The position numbers and the translations under genes were made by a program. From Bacteroidales bacterium (GTDB taxonomy: Bacteria; Bacteroidota; Bacteroidia; Bacteroidales; 4484-276), in the NCBI GenBank assembly GCA_046542305.1, contig JBKHBQ010000002.1, forward strand, positions 1 to 46,330: a stretch of 46,330 bases of DNA. The letters run 5' to 3'. Shown piece after piece: positions 16,133 through 24,341 of this stretch (the stretch's first letter is position 1; each line of letters opens with the position of its first letter). The notes under the pieces were generated by a model. That model ran no database searches, was not told the origin of the DNA, and worked only from the letters and a program-made list of their open reading frames with translations.

Positions 16133-17946
16133 TCAAAAAAAATATACCTATATTTATGGTCGAATTTTTCATCCAATTCATTTAGCTATGAAAACACTTA
16201 AAATATTCCCGCTGCTGATTGCCGGAATCCTGGCCTGCTCAGTTTGCGGTGTGCTGTCAAAAGTTGATGCTCAAACACAATTACCTGTTCAAAATCAAAA
16301 AGAAATAATTGTTAGCGAGGAGAAAAAAGGAGCAGATAGTTCCAAAGATTTAATCTATGATCCTGCTAACCCAATGTTTGGATTAAACAGTTATGTGCCG
16401 GCTCACGACACGACTTGGAAAACTGACATGGATTGGTATGGCTCAGGGGATTTTAATGGCGATGGAGAGATTACCTGGGAAGATTATGATTACAGTGTTT
16501 CAGGAGATGACCCCTTTTATGATGGGACTCACAGAGCTGACACTGACTTGGATGGAGTGAGTGGGACTGCTTCTGACAGACAAATAGTTTATGAATATTT
16601 GACTGGAGAGAGAACCCACATAAATCGTTGGGAGCTTGAAAGCGTGGCGGAGAAACAAAGTCATTTAGAGAAGGCATTAGCGATTGATTTTACAAGTGAA
16701 GTTCCTCCTTCTAGCGGGTGGAATTGTGGAGGGTATATGACTCAAACTTTTATTAATTTTGCAGGAATCTATGACATAGAGAATAGTTCTTATGCAGAAC
16801 CTAATGGAACAAATTTAGATTTTGATATTGAACACAATGGAATATGGAGAATTCCTATGCGCAATGTTAACACTTACACAACAAGTAATGTCAATCACTT
16901 TCTCAACGGAGTTTTTATGGGGAGTCCTGAAAATCAAGATGCGACAGAATTTAATTCTTGGACCTTTGTTGAGCCCCAAACTGATGAAATTGTGGTGCCG
17001 GGAGATTTTAGCATTCATCCAGATAAATTTGCTAATATTAGTTGGGTTGGGTATTATTATAATGAATATTTTTATCAATGGCTTTACGGAAGTAGAACAC
17101 TACTTAATTATGACTTGGATGAAGGAAATCCAACTCTGCAATTGGAAAATCCAGACATAATTTACTCATGGAATCCCTTTGAAGAAGTTGAATATCCTCA
17201 AGACAAGAATCATGAGTATCCAGCCGACACTTCATTGGCGACCAATGGTGCGCCAGATAATGTTTATCCGGGGACAAAATATAGTTATAATGATGTGTCA
17301 AGTCAGACCAGCAATGGAACATGCACGGATGTGACTTATGAGGTGAATAGATCTTTTGAGGGTATTGCAGGAGCATATAATAAAGGCAATACAGCTAACG
17401 CCGAGCATACTCAAAACATACATGTTCAAGACAATATTCCTCCACAGTACACTTCTTTTCCTAGTGATACTACAATTACAATCAATGACCCGATGGACCC
17501 GGAACATTTGGGATATCCGCAATGGAGTGATAATTCGCAATTATTTGTAACCCCTCACTATTTTGATGTTTTATTAACTGCCACTGATGACCCAATACAG
17601 CATTGGGAAAGACACTGGACAGGCGTTGACGTGTGCGACAACATTTCAGCAGATTCTGTGCAGCATATTTACGTGGATTTGCTTGAACATCTTGCCGAAA
17701 AAGAAAATCCCTTCACGGTTTACCCGAACCCGGCCGGCAGGCATGTCACTGTCGCTGGAAACACCGCACAACAAGCACAGCAGGTTTCACTGTTCGATGT
17801 GATGGGAAATCTGGTGTCGGAAAGAAATCTGCATGGAGCGACCGGGGTACTGAAACTTGATCTGCAGGGTTTGCCAAACGGAATATACCTTCTAAAGATT
17901 CATAGCGCCGGTTTATCGCCGGTGGTGAGGGTGGTAAAGATTGACT
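16133..17946 (+). repeat. Large direct repeat, copy 2
   Basis: Identical to 14055..15868 as far as I can compare. The sequence diverges right after ...aagattgact, so the two proteins end KID* and KIDY*. Confidence 0.95.
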
Positions 17947-17951
17947 ACTAA
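16188..17951 (+). CDS. Secreted T9SS cargo protein, copy 2
   Basis: Same protein as 14110..15870 plus one extra C-terminal Tyr. The ORF-track start at 16095 adds 31 aa that read through repeat element C. The homologous ATG is at 16188. Confidence 0.8.
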   Translation: MKTLKIFPLLIAGILACSVCGVLSKVDAQTQLPVQNQKEIIVSEEKKGADSSKDLIYDPANPMFGLNSYVPAHDTTWKTDMDWYGSGDFNGDGEITWEDYDYSVSGDDPFYDGTHRADTDLDGVSGTASDRQIVYEYLTGERTHINRWELESVAEKQSHLEKALAIDFTSEVPPSSGWNCGGYMTQTFINFAGIYDIENSSYAEPNGTNLDFDIEHNGIWRIPMRNVNTYTTSNVNHFLNGVFMGSPENQDATEFNSWTFVEPQTDEIVVPGDFSIHPDKFANISWVGYYYNEYFYQWLYGSRTLLNYDLDEGNPTLQLENPDIIYSWNPFEEVEYPQDKNHEYPADTSLATNGAPDNVYPGTKYSYNDVSSQTSNGTCTDVTYEVNRSFEGIAGAYNKGNTANAEHTQNIHVQDNIPPQYTSFPSDTTITINDPMDPEHLGYPQWSDNSQLFVTPHYFDVLLTATDDPIQHWERHWTGVDVCDNISADSVQHIYVDLLEHLAEKENPFTVYPNPAGRHVTVAGNTAQQAQQVSLFDVMGNLVSERNLHGATGVLKLDLQGLPNGIYLLKIHSAGLSPVVRVVKIDY

Positions 17952-18127
17952 ATTTCTAAATTCCGATTATTTTGTGCCTCAGGCAGTTTTTTGGCTACAT
18001 CCCGGGCAATTTCAAGCGTTTCCAAAATGGTTCTTCCCTGAGCCACCTATCCCTGAATGGATTCAGAAGTTGCCAGATAATAACCCCCCGGTAACTTTTC
18101 GATCTGACGGTTTATGATCTTTTCCAT
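17948..18127 (-). pseudogene. HicB-family antitoxin pseudogene (in-frame TAG)
   Basis: My minus-strand translation is MEKIINRQIEKLPGGYYLATSESIQG*VAQGRTILETLEIARDVAKKLPEAQNNRNLEI*. The ...G*VAQGRTILETLEIARD stretch matches the HicB/UPF0150 core (..PGCvsQGeTleEAlenakEA). The internal stop is at 18047-18049, and no hicA partner is adjacent. Confidence 0.6.
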
Positions 18128-18150
18128 GTCTGCGCAGTTAAAACAAATAC

Positions 18151-18215
18151 TGCCAGGTTTTTGCCAAAGGTATTTTCCTTATAGTTTTTTCGGAGCCTTA
18201 GGCAAAAACCTGTCA
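18151..18215. repeat. 20-nt imperfect inverted repeat next to the tmRNA 3' end
   Basis: tgccaggtttttgccaaagg (18151-18170) pairs with ccttaggcaaaaacctgtca (18196-18215) at 18 of 20 positions, with a 25-nt spacer. It ends 13 nt from the ssrA 3' end. Confidence 0.7.
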
Positions 18216-18227
18216 GGTCATTAGGTC

Positions 18228-18628
18228 GTGGAGCTGGAGGGAGTCGAACCCTCGTCCAAACAAGCAGCAGCAGTGCTTTCTACATGCTTAGTCTTCCATT
18301 GATTGTCGGGTACGGGCCGGTGGAAGACGACCTATCCGTACCTTATCTTCTTTGGTTTCGCTGTCCGCCCGAAGCTTACGGACAACTAGCCCTGTTTTTC
18401 GACACCCCGTAATCAGACAGGAACAAGGCGTGTCCGTCTGCGGGATGGCTCGTCACACACCTATCGGTGCGCGATTTGGCGGTAATCTACTATACTTCGA
18501 TTACGCTGCGAGCGCGTAGTTATTATTTTCGCCAGTTATGGCTGTGAGAACAGTTAGCAACGGGCCACATTCTCAATGCCCGGCATGCTTACAATACCAC
18601 TTCCTTGCTGTCAAAACCAGTCAGCCCC
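18228..18628 (-). ncRNA. ssrA: tmRNA (transfer-messenger RNA)
   Basis: The minus strand starts GGGGCTGACTGGTTTTGACAGCAAGG and ends GGACGAGGGTTCGACTCCCTCCAGCTCCA, a tRNA-Ala-like acceptor and T-arm. The internal tag ORF GGC GAA AAT AAT AAC TAC GCG CTC GCA GCG TAA encodes GENNNYALAA (18533..18501), a Bacteroidota-type tag. Confidence 0.9.
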
Positions 18629-18666
18629 ATGATGTATAAGAACGAAAATGATCTGCAAAAGGTTTG

Positions 18667-18697
18667 CAAAATTAATCATTCAACGGTGCATATCCAA
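18667..18697 (-). promoter_or_regulatory. Candidate ssrA promoter (TTG-N20-TAATTTTG)
   Basis: On the minus strand, TAATTTTG lies at 18674..18667 with TTG at 18697..18695. The box ends 38 nt upstream of the mature tmRNA 5' end, which is compatible with an RNase P-processed leader. Confidence 0.4.
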
Positions 18698-18869
18698 ACA
18701 ATAACTGATCCAAAAAAGTTTGCATGACAAATTTTCGTATTTCAATTCCGAAATAGCTTATTTTTGCGCGCTTTTTGGCGGAGCGGTGAGGCGGAGCGCA
18801 TGACGCAGCGTGTGACGGGCAAAGCCTGGAGCTAATGTAAGAATTCGTTAATTTAACTGAGGAAAATTA

Positions 18870-20252
18870 TTGCAACCCATCGATCAGTATCAAAAAGAAC
18901 TTGCCGACGGCAACAGGCGTGAATACGGCCTGTACTACGACCAGCTCCGGAAATTGTCGTACTATCGTGCTGCCGAAGCCGACGACGAGCGCAGCCGCCT
19001 GTTGCAAAGCATCGACGGCAAAGCCGGATCGGCATTTAACGGCACCAAGCCGTTTGCGCATCACATTTCGCCGGGCTGCCGGCTGTGCGGCGAGGGACAA
19101 TGGTCGTGCCTCTTCGTGAACAACCGCTGCAACTGCAACTGCTTCTACTGTCCCACCCCGCAAATCGATACGGGCATTCCCGAAACCCAGGGGCTGAATT
19201 TTTCAGATCCGCGCAACTACGTGGATTATATCCGGAAGTTCGGGTTCAAAGGCGTAAGCCTGAGCGGCGGCGAACCCTTGCTTACCTTCGATACCACGCT
19301 CGATTTCCTGCGCACGGTGAAACATGAATTCGGCACGAAAATTTACCTGTGGCTTTACACCAACGGGACGCTGCTCACCGAAGAGAAAGCAGAATTACTG
19401 GCCGCCGCCGGTCTGGATGAACTCCGTTTCGACTTATCGGCCACGGCCTATTCCACCAGATTCCTGAAACATGCCCTGGGAAAAATCCCTTCCGTTACCG
19501 TGGAAATCCCGGCCATCCCCGAAGAAATCGAGCAAATGAAACAAATGGCCGTGGAATTGGACCAGCTCGGCGTGAACTTCCTGAACCTCCATCAGATGCG
19601 GCTCACACCCTATAACCTGAAAAACCTGCTGCACCGCAATTACACTTTTCTTCACGGGCCCAGAATGACGGTGCTCGAATCGGAACTGGCGGCGCTTGAA
19701 ATGATCCGCTTCACGTTCGAGCAGGGGCTGCACATCGGGGTAAACTACTGTTCGTTTCATTATAAGAACCATTTTCAAAAAGCAGGATTCCGACACAAAC
19801 TTGCACCTTTTATTGCAGGCGCATTTGAGGAGATCACCGAAAACGGCTACATCAGAAAATTTTATCAGAACATTTCCACGCAAGCATACCATGCCCTGAA
19901 TGACGATCAAAAATCAGGACAATATTGTACCGAAGAGCAGCGGCTTTATCTGACAAAAGATCAGGTTGTCGCATCTAAGTTGCCGGAGTTTCCGGTTCAC
20001 CTCGAATATTTCTCCACCTCCATCCATAAAACGCCGGTTGAAAACGGGACAAAGATCCTGCTGAACAACAGCCTTCCGGTGTTCATCGGCAGGAAACCGG
20101 CGGGACAAAAGATCACCGTTCTACCGCAGGAACTGGTAAATCTGCAGAAGATCATGGCTGGAGAAATTTCTGAAGAAGAAACCGAAAGCCGCGAGTTTCT
20201 GGACATTTTGCAAAAAGAAATTCCTGCAAAAGGTTTCGGAACATATTACTGA
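18870..20252 (+). CDS. Radical SAM protein of unknown specificity
   Basis: 460 aa with the CxxxCxxC cluster CNCNCFYC preceded by CRLCGEGQWSC, and a SAM-binding GGEPLL motif. The apparent start is TTG, and there is no in-frame ATG until far downstream. Confidence 0.85.
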   Translation: MQPIDQYQKELADGNRREYGLYYDQLRKLSYYRAAEADDERSRLLQSIDGKAGSAFNGTKPFAHHISPGCRLCGEGQWSCLFVNNRCNCNCFYCPTPQIDTGIPETQGLNFSDPRNYVDYIRKFGFKGVSLSGGEPLLTFDTTLDFLRTVKHEFGTKIYLWLYTNGTLLTEEKAELLAAAGLDELRFDLSATAYSTRFLKHALGKIPSVTVEIPAIPEEIEQMKQMAVELDQLGVNFLNLHQMRLTPYNLKNLLHRNYTFLHGPRMTVLESELAALEMIRFTFEQGLHIGVNYCSFHYKNHFQKAGFRHKLAPFIAGAFEEITENGYIRKFYQNISTQAYHALNDDQKSGQYCTEEQRLYLTKDQVVASKLPEFPVHLEYFSTSIHKTPVENGTKILLNNSLPVFIGRKPAGQKITVLPQELVNLQKIMAGEISEEETESREFLDILQKEIPAKGFGTYY

Positions 20253-20284
20253 AAAAGCTGAAAAGGATCGACAATGGATTTTCA

Positions 20285-20317
20285 AAAGGTCGCCTGTTGG
20301 GGGGCGGCCTTTTTTTT
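20285..20317 (+). terminator. Rho-independent terminator after the radical SAM gene
   Basis: aaaaggtcgcc-tgttgggg-ggcggcctttt stem-loop followed by seven T. Confidence 0.6.
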
Positions 20318-20686
20318 AGCTGGTGAAAAACTCCTTGCCACAGCCGGCAACATACAAAATGAATTCGTAAAAAGGGAAAATCCCGCATGCATTCTGATCA
20401 ATGTTATCTTATTCTATCTTAAACAACAAGCCCAAAGGTCATACCTGATGGACATACCGTGAAAAGTCCGTTAATCCCCATTAATTTTAATTCTCAAGCC
20501 ATTATTATGATTCTTAACAGGATGTGATTTGTTCATGTTTTTTTTAAATAAAGTTAACAAACATTTATACCAACCCTTTGTTTGTTTCGTTCAATTCATT
20601 CGCTGGCAATAGTACCGGCGGATGAGATGGTTTATAATAAAATTCTGATTACCTTAGTACGCTAAAGCATCATCAATTCACCTGAT

Positions 20687-23600
20687 ATGAGCAAAGTATC
20701 TGAAAAAAAACCGACCGGAAATGAACTTCTTCTTTTACGGCAGGAAATCGATCGGTTAAAGGAGGAAAAACGGAAACTGGCAGAAGAAAACCTTCACTAC
20801 AAAAGACTTTACAACCTCTTCGACGCAGTGATTCGCAACATCCCCGATATGATCTGGGCAAAGGATCTCGATAAAAAATACATCCTGGCAAATGAGGAAA
20901 TCTGCAGAAAACTGCTGCACGTCAGAGATACGCTTGAGCCCATCGGAAAAACAGATTTGTTTTTTGCTGAACGCGAAAGAAACTCCAAACCCGAAATAGC
21001 CGATTGGCATACCTTTGGAGAAATCTGCAGCGATTCCGACACTGCGGTAATGGAATCGAAAAAATCCGGCAGGTTTGATGAATTCGGAAATATCCGGGGT
21101 GAATTTCTTTACCTCGATGTTCACAAGGCGCCGCTTTACAACCAGGATAATGAAATGATCGGCACGGTGGGGATCGCACGAGATGTAACCCGGGAGAAGG
21201 AAACCGCCAGAAAGCTCACCGAAAGCGAGGAAAAATACCGGCGGATTTTCGAGAACTCCTCCGATCCTATTCTCGTATTAGAGAACGGCAGGTTTGCCGA
21301 CTGTAATGATGCAGCACTTAAGGCAGTGGGATTTAAATCGAAGGCGGGAATTGTGGGAAAACAGCCTGCCGATATTTCACCGGAGCTGCAACCTGACGGA
21401 CAGCCCTCAGCCGAAAAGGCGGCAATGCTCATCAATAAAGCCTTCGAACAGGGCCATACCCGCTTCGAATGGCTGCATCAGGATAAAAAGCACAACCCGC
21501 TGTGGGTAAATGTTTCCCTTACGGTTTTACCACAGGAAGGCAAAAACCGGATTTTCACCATCTGGCGCGATATCAGTGATCAGAAAAAAACCGAGCAGGC
21601 CCTGGCGCAAAGCGAAAAAAAATACCGCGACCTGTTCGAACTTTCACCGGAACCCGCTGTGATCATCAACAAAACAGGGTTTATAACCGACTGCAACCAA
21701 ATATTTTATGAATCCAGCAGGATGCAATCAGATGATATCATCGGTAAACATTTTACACAACTGCCCATTTTTTCGGCCAGAGACCTACCGCGATACATCA
21801 GGATATTTTCCGATATGATCCGCCACAAATCAGTCCAGAACTATGAATACATCTGGACATCCAGGGACGGCAAAGTACATAACTCCATAGCGCATATTGC
21901 ACCGCTTTTTGAAGAAAAGAAACTTCAGGGCTTTATGGCCGTCACCCGCGACATTACCGAACAGCGCATGGCCGAAGAAAAAATCCGCGAAAGCGAAAAA
22001 AAATACCGCCTTTTGTTCGAAAGAGCCAACGATGCCATTTTGCTGATGAAGGATGGCGTTATTATGGAATGTAATGAACAAACATTCGAAATGTTCGGGT
22101 GCAGGCGCGAAGAGATTATCGGCAAGCCCCCATCCTCCTTTTCACCTGAATTTCAGCCCGACGGAACACCTTCGGATGAACTGGCTGCAAAGAAGATCAT
22201 GGAGGCACTGAAAGCCGGGTCATCAATTTTCGAATGGAAGCACATCAAACCCGATGGCACCAGGTTCGATGCCGAGGTAAACCTGAGCAGGCTGCACTTT
22301 GGAAATACCATTTTGCTGCAGGCCATCGTGCGGGATATTTCCTACCGGAAAACGGCTGAACAAAAACTCCGCGAAAGCGAAGAGAGGTATAAACTGCTTG
22401 CCAATGCCAGCCGGGAAGCCATTTTTGTGACCAGAGAAGGTTATTGCCTTGAAGTGAATCAAACGGCCACCCGAATGTTTGGCTATAGCTATGAGGAATT
22501 TATCGGGGAGTACGGAACCCAAATCATAGCTCCTGAAAGCCGGGAAATCACTCGCGAACGCATGCTGTCGGATTATGATCGCACTTACGAAGCTGTGGGG
22601 ATCAGAAAAAACGGCACCAGATTCCCCATCGAAATACAGGGAAGACCATTTACCTACCAGGGCGAACCTGCACGCCTTACTGTTTGCCGCGACCTGACCA
22701 TGCAAAAACTCGCCGAAAGGGAAATTAAGGAAATAACCAACAGACTGTTCCGGGCAGAAAAAGTGGCAAAAATCGGAAACTGGGAGTTTCACCTGCATAC
22801 CAACAAAGTCATCACTTCAGCGGGGGCTAAACTGATTTACGGCCTGGACGACAGAAACAACCTCACCATACCCGAGGTTCAGGAAGTGGTGTTGCCCGAA
22901 TACCGGATGGAAAAGGATGACGCCCTGCGCGGTCTGATTGATAACGGCACCCCCTATAATGTTGAATTCAAGATCAGGCGGCCATCCGACAACAAGATCG
23001 TCGACATCCAGTCCATCGCCGAATACGATAGCGACCGGGGCGTGGTTTTTGGCATCATCCGCGACATTACCGAACGAAAAATGAACGAAAACACACTCAA
23101 AAAAGCCAAGGAACAGGCCGAAGAGTCCGACCGCCTGAAAACCGTTTTTCTTGGAACGATGTCGCACGAACTGCGTACGCCACTAAACTCCATCATTGGT
23201 TTTTCGGAGATCATGGATGAATCGATGGATAAATACCAGATACTGGATTTTGCTAAAACCATCCATAAAAACGGAAATCACCTGCTTAGCCTCATCGAGG
23301 ACATGTTTGATATTTCGATGATCGAAACCGGGGAATTCAGGGTGGAAAAATCGCATTTCAGCCTGCGGGATTTTCTGTCGGAAATCAGGCACATGCTCAG
23401 GGAGGAACTGCAGCAACAGCAGAAAATGCACCTGGAAATCTCCATGTCGTACGATTATGATGTGATCGACAGCCGGTTGTATGCCGATAAAAGCAAGCTC
23501 AGGCAGATCTTTATTAACCTCATCAAAAATGCCGTAAAATTCACGCCTCAGGGAAAGATAGAAATCGGTTTCACGCAATCCGACCCGAAAAACCTCACCT

Positions 23601-24250
23601 TTTTCGTAAAAGATACAGGAATAGGTATTCCATTCAACAAGCGATCGCTGATTTTCGAACGTTTCAGGCAGGTGGAGGAAAGCGACACCCGCAAGTACGG
23701 CGGAACCGGTCTGGGGCTCTACATCTGCAAGTCGCTGGTGAATAAACTCAATGGCAAAATCTGGATAGAATCTGCACCGGGCAGGGGCAGCACTTTTTAT
23801 TTCACCATACCCGAGCTGATCGATGCAAGGGCCAACGGAAATCATCCTTCGCAACAGGCGGTGCCGCCCGAAGTGGATTTCCGCGATAAAACCATCATCG
23901 TTGCCGAGGATGAAGACAGCAACTATATGCTCGTGGAGTCCATCCTCGGAAAAACAGGCGCCCGGCTTTTGCATGCAGAAAACGGAGCCGTGGCCATCGA
24001 TCTGCTGAAGGAACATCCCGGGGCCGATATGATCCTGATGGACATTAAAATGCCGTTGATGGGCGGAATGGAAGCCACACGCGAAATCAGGACTTTCAAT
24101 ACAAAAATTCCCATTATCGCACTCACGGCATATGCCATGAAAGGCGACCGTGAAAAATATCTTGCAGCCGATTTTAACGAATACATTGCAAAACCCATGA
24201 AAAGAGAAACGCTGCTCGAAACACTTTCCAGGCAATTCAACCGGAAATGA
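20687..24250 (+). CDS. Cytoplasmic hybrid sensor histidine kinase/response regulator with six PAS modules
   Basis: 1,187 aa with no TM segment and an N-terminal coiled coil. Six PAS-like units each end in an RD[IVL][ST] motif (ARDVTREK, WRDISDQK, TRDITEQR, VRDISYRK, CRDLTMQK, IRDITERK). HisKA (FLGTMSHELRTPLN), HATPase_c (GTGLGLYICKSLV) and REC (IVAEDE...LMDIKMP...AKP) follow. Confidence 0.9.
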   Translation: MSKVSEKKPTGNELLLLRQEIDRLKEEKRKLAEENLHYKRLYNLFDAVIRNIPDMIWAKDLDKKYILANEEICRKLLHVRDTLEPIGKTDLFFAERERNSKPEIADWHTFGEICSDSDTAVMESKKSGRFDEFGNIRGEFLYLDVHKAPLYNQDNEMIGTVGIARDVTREKETARKLTESEEKYRRIFENSSDPILVLENGRFADCNDAALKAVGFKSKAGIVGKQPADISPELQPDGQPSAEKAAMLINKAFEQGHTRFEWLHQDKKHNPLWVNVSLTVLPQEGKNRIFTIWRDISDQKKTEQALAQSEKKYRDLFELSPEPAVIINKTGFITDCNQIFYESSRMQSDDIIGKHFTQLPIFSARDLPRYIRIFSDMIRHKSVQNYEYIWTSRDGKVHNSIAHIAPLFEEKKLQGFMAVTRDITEQRMAEEKIRESEKKYRLLFERANDAILLMKDGVIMECNEQTFEMFGCRREEIIGKPPSSFSPEFQPDGTPSDELAAKKIMEALKAGSSIFEWKHIKPDGTRFDAEVNLSRLHFGNTILLQAIVRDISYRKTAEQKLRESEERYKLLANASREAIFVTREGYCLEVNQTATRMFGYSYEEFIGEYGTQIIAPESREITRERMLSDYDRTYEAVGIRKNGTRFPIEIQGRPFTYQGEPARLTVCRDLTMQKLAEREIKEITNRLFRAEKVAKIGNWEFHLHTNKVITSAGAKLIYGLDDRNNLTIPEVQEVVLPEYRMEKDDALRGLIDNGTPYNVEFKIRRPSDNKIVDIQSIAEYDSDRGVVFGIIRDITERKMNENTLKKAKEQAEESDRLKTVFLGTMSHELRTPLNSIIGFSEIMDESMDKYQILDFAKTIHKNGNHLLSLIEDMFDISMIETGEFRVEKSHFSLRDFLSEIRHMLREELQQQQKMHLEISMSYDYDVIDSRLYADKSKLRQIFINLIKNAVKFTPQGKIEIGFTQSDPKNLTFFVKDTGIGIPFNKRSLIFERFRQVEESDTRKYGGTGLGLYICKSLVNKLNGKIWIESAPGRGSTFYFTIPELIDARANGNHPSQQAVPPEVDFRDKTIIVAEDEDSNYMLVESILGKTGARLLHAENGAVAIDLLKEHPGADMILMDIKMPLMGGMEATREIRTFNTKIPIIALTAYAMKGDREKYLAADFNEYIAKPMKRETLLETLSRQFNRK

Positions 24251-24341
24251 AAAGCGCCGGGGAATTTATGCCGGTGCAGGAAGAAAAATAGCTGCATGCT
24301 GTAACTCAACGTCGTTGCCGGGCATGCGACACAGAGGCGCT

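Noticed and set aside
16095-16187. 31-codon N-terminal extension of the second secreted-protein copy suggested by the ORF track.
   Set aside because: The extension reads through repeat element C and the promoter-like AT-rich segment. Copy 1 has no equivalent, and the conserved signal peptide starts at 16188.
18047-18049. The in-frame TAG in the HicB-like gene as stop-codon recoding (pyrrolysine or a reassigned code).
   Set aside because: TAG terminates several well-supported genes in this window, for example the HD protein at 33561 and the hypothetical at 36185. Pseudogenisation or a sequencing error is far more likely.
18629-20686. A RiPP or modified-peptide cluster around the radical SAM gene.
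   Set aside because: I found no plausible precursor peptide, protease, transporter or second maturase. The only nearby ORF (20274..20462) overlaps the terminator hairpin and looks spurious. Small ORFs under 60 aa could not be excluded by eye.
23183-24235. 350-aa minus-strand ORF, along with other long antisense ORFs: 32170..33258, 29611..30447, 6106..6783, 5514..6101, 8082..8786, 11742..12350, 12740..13372, 13385..13939, 38081..38741, 44162..44860 and 22223..22798.
   Set aside because: Each lies entirely inside, and antisense to, a gene with strong family motifs. Their translations are low-complexity or R/H/G-rich with no recognisable motif. These are typical shadow ORFs.
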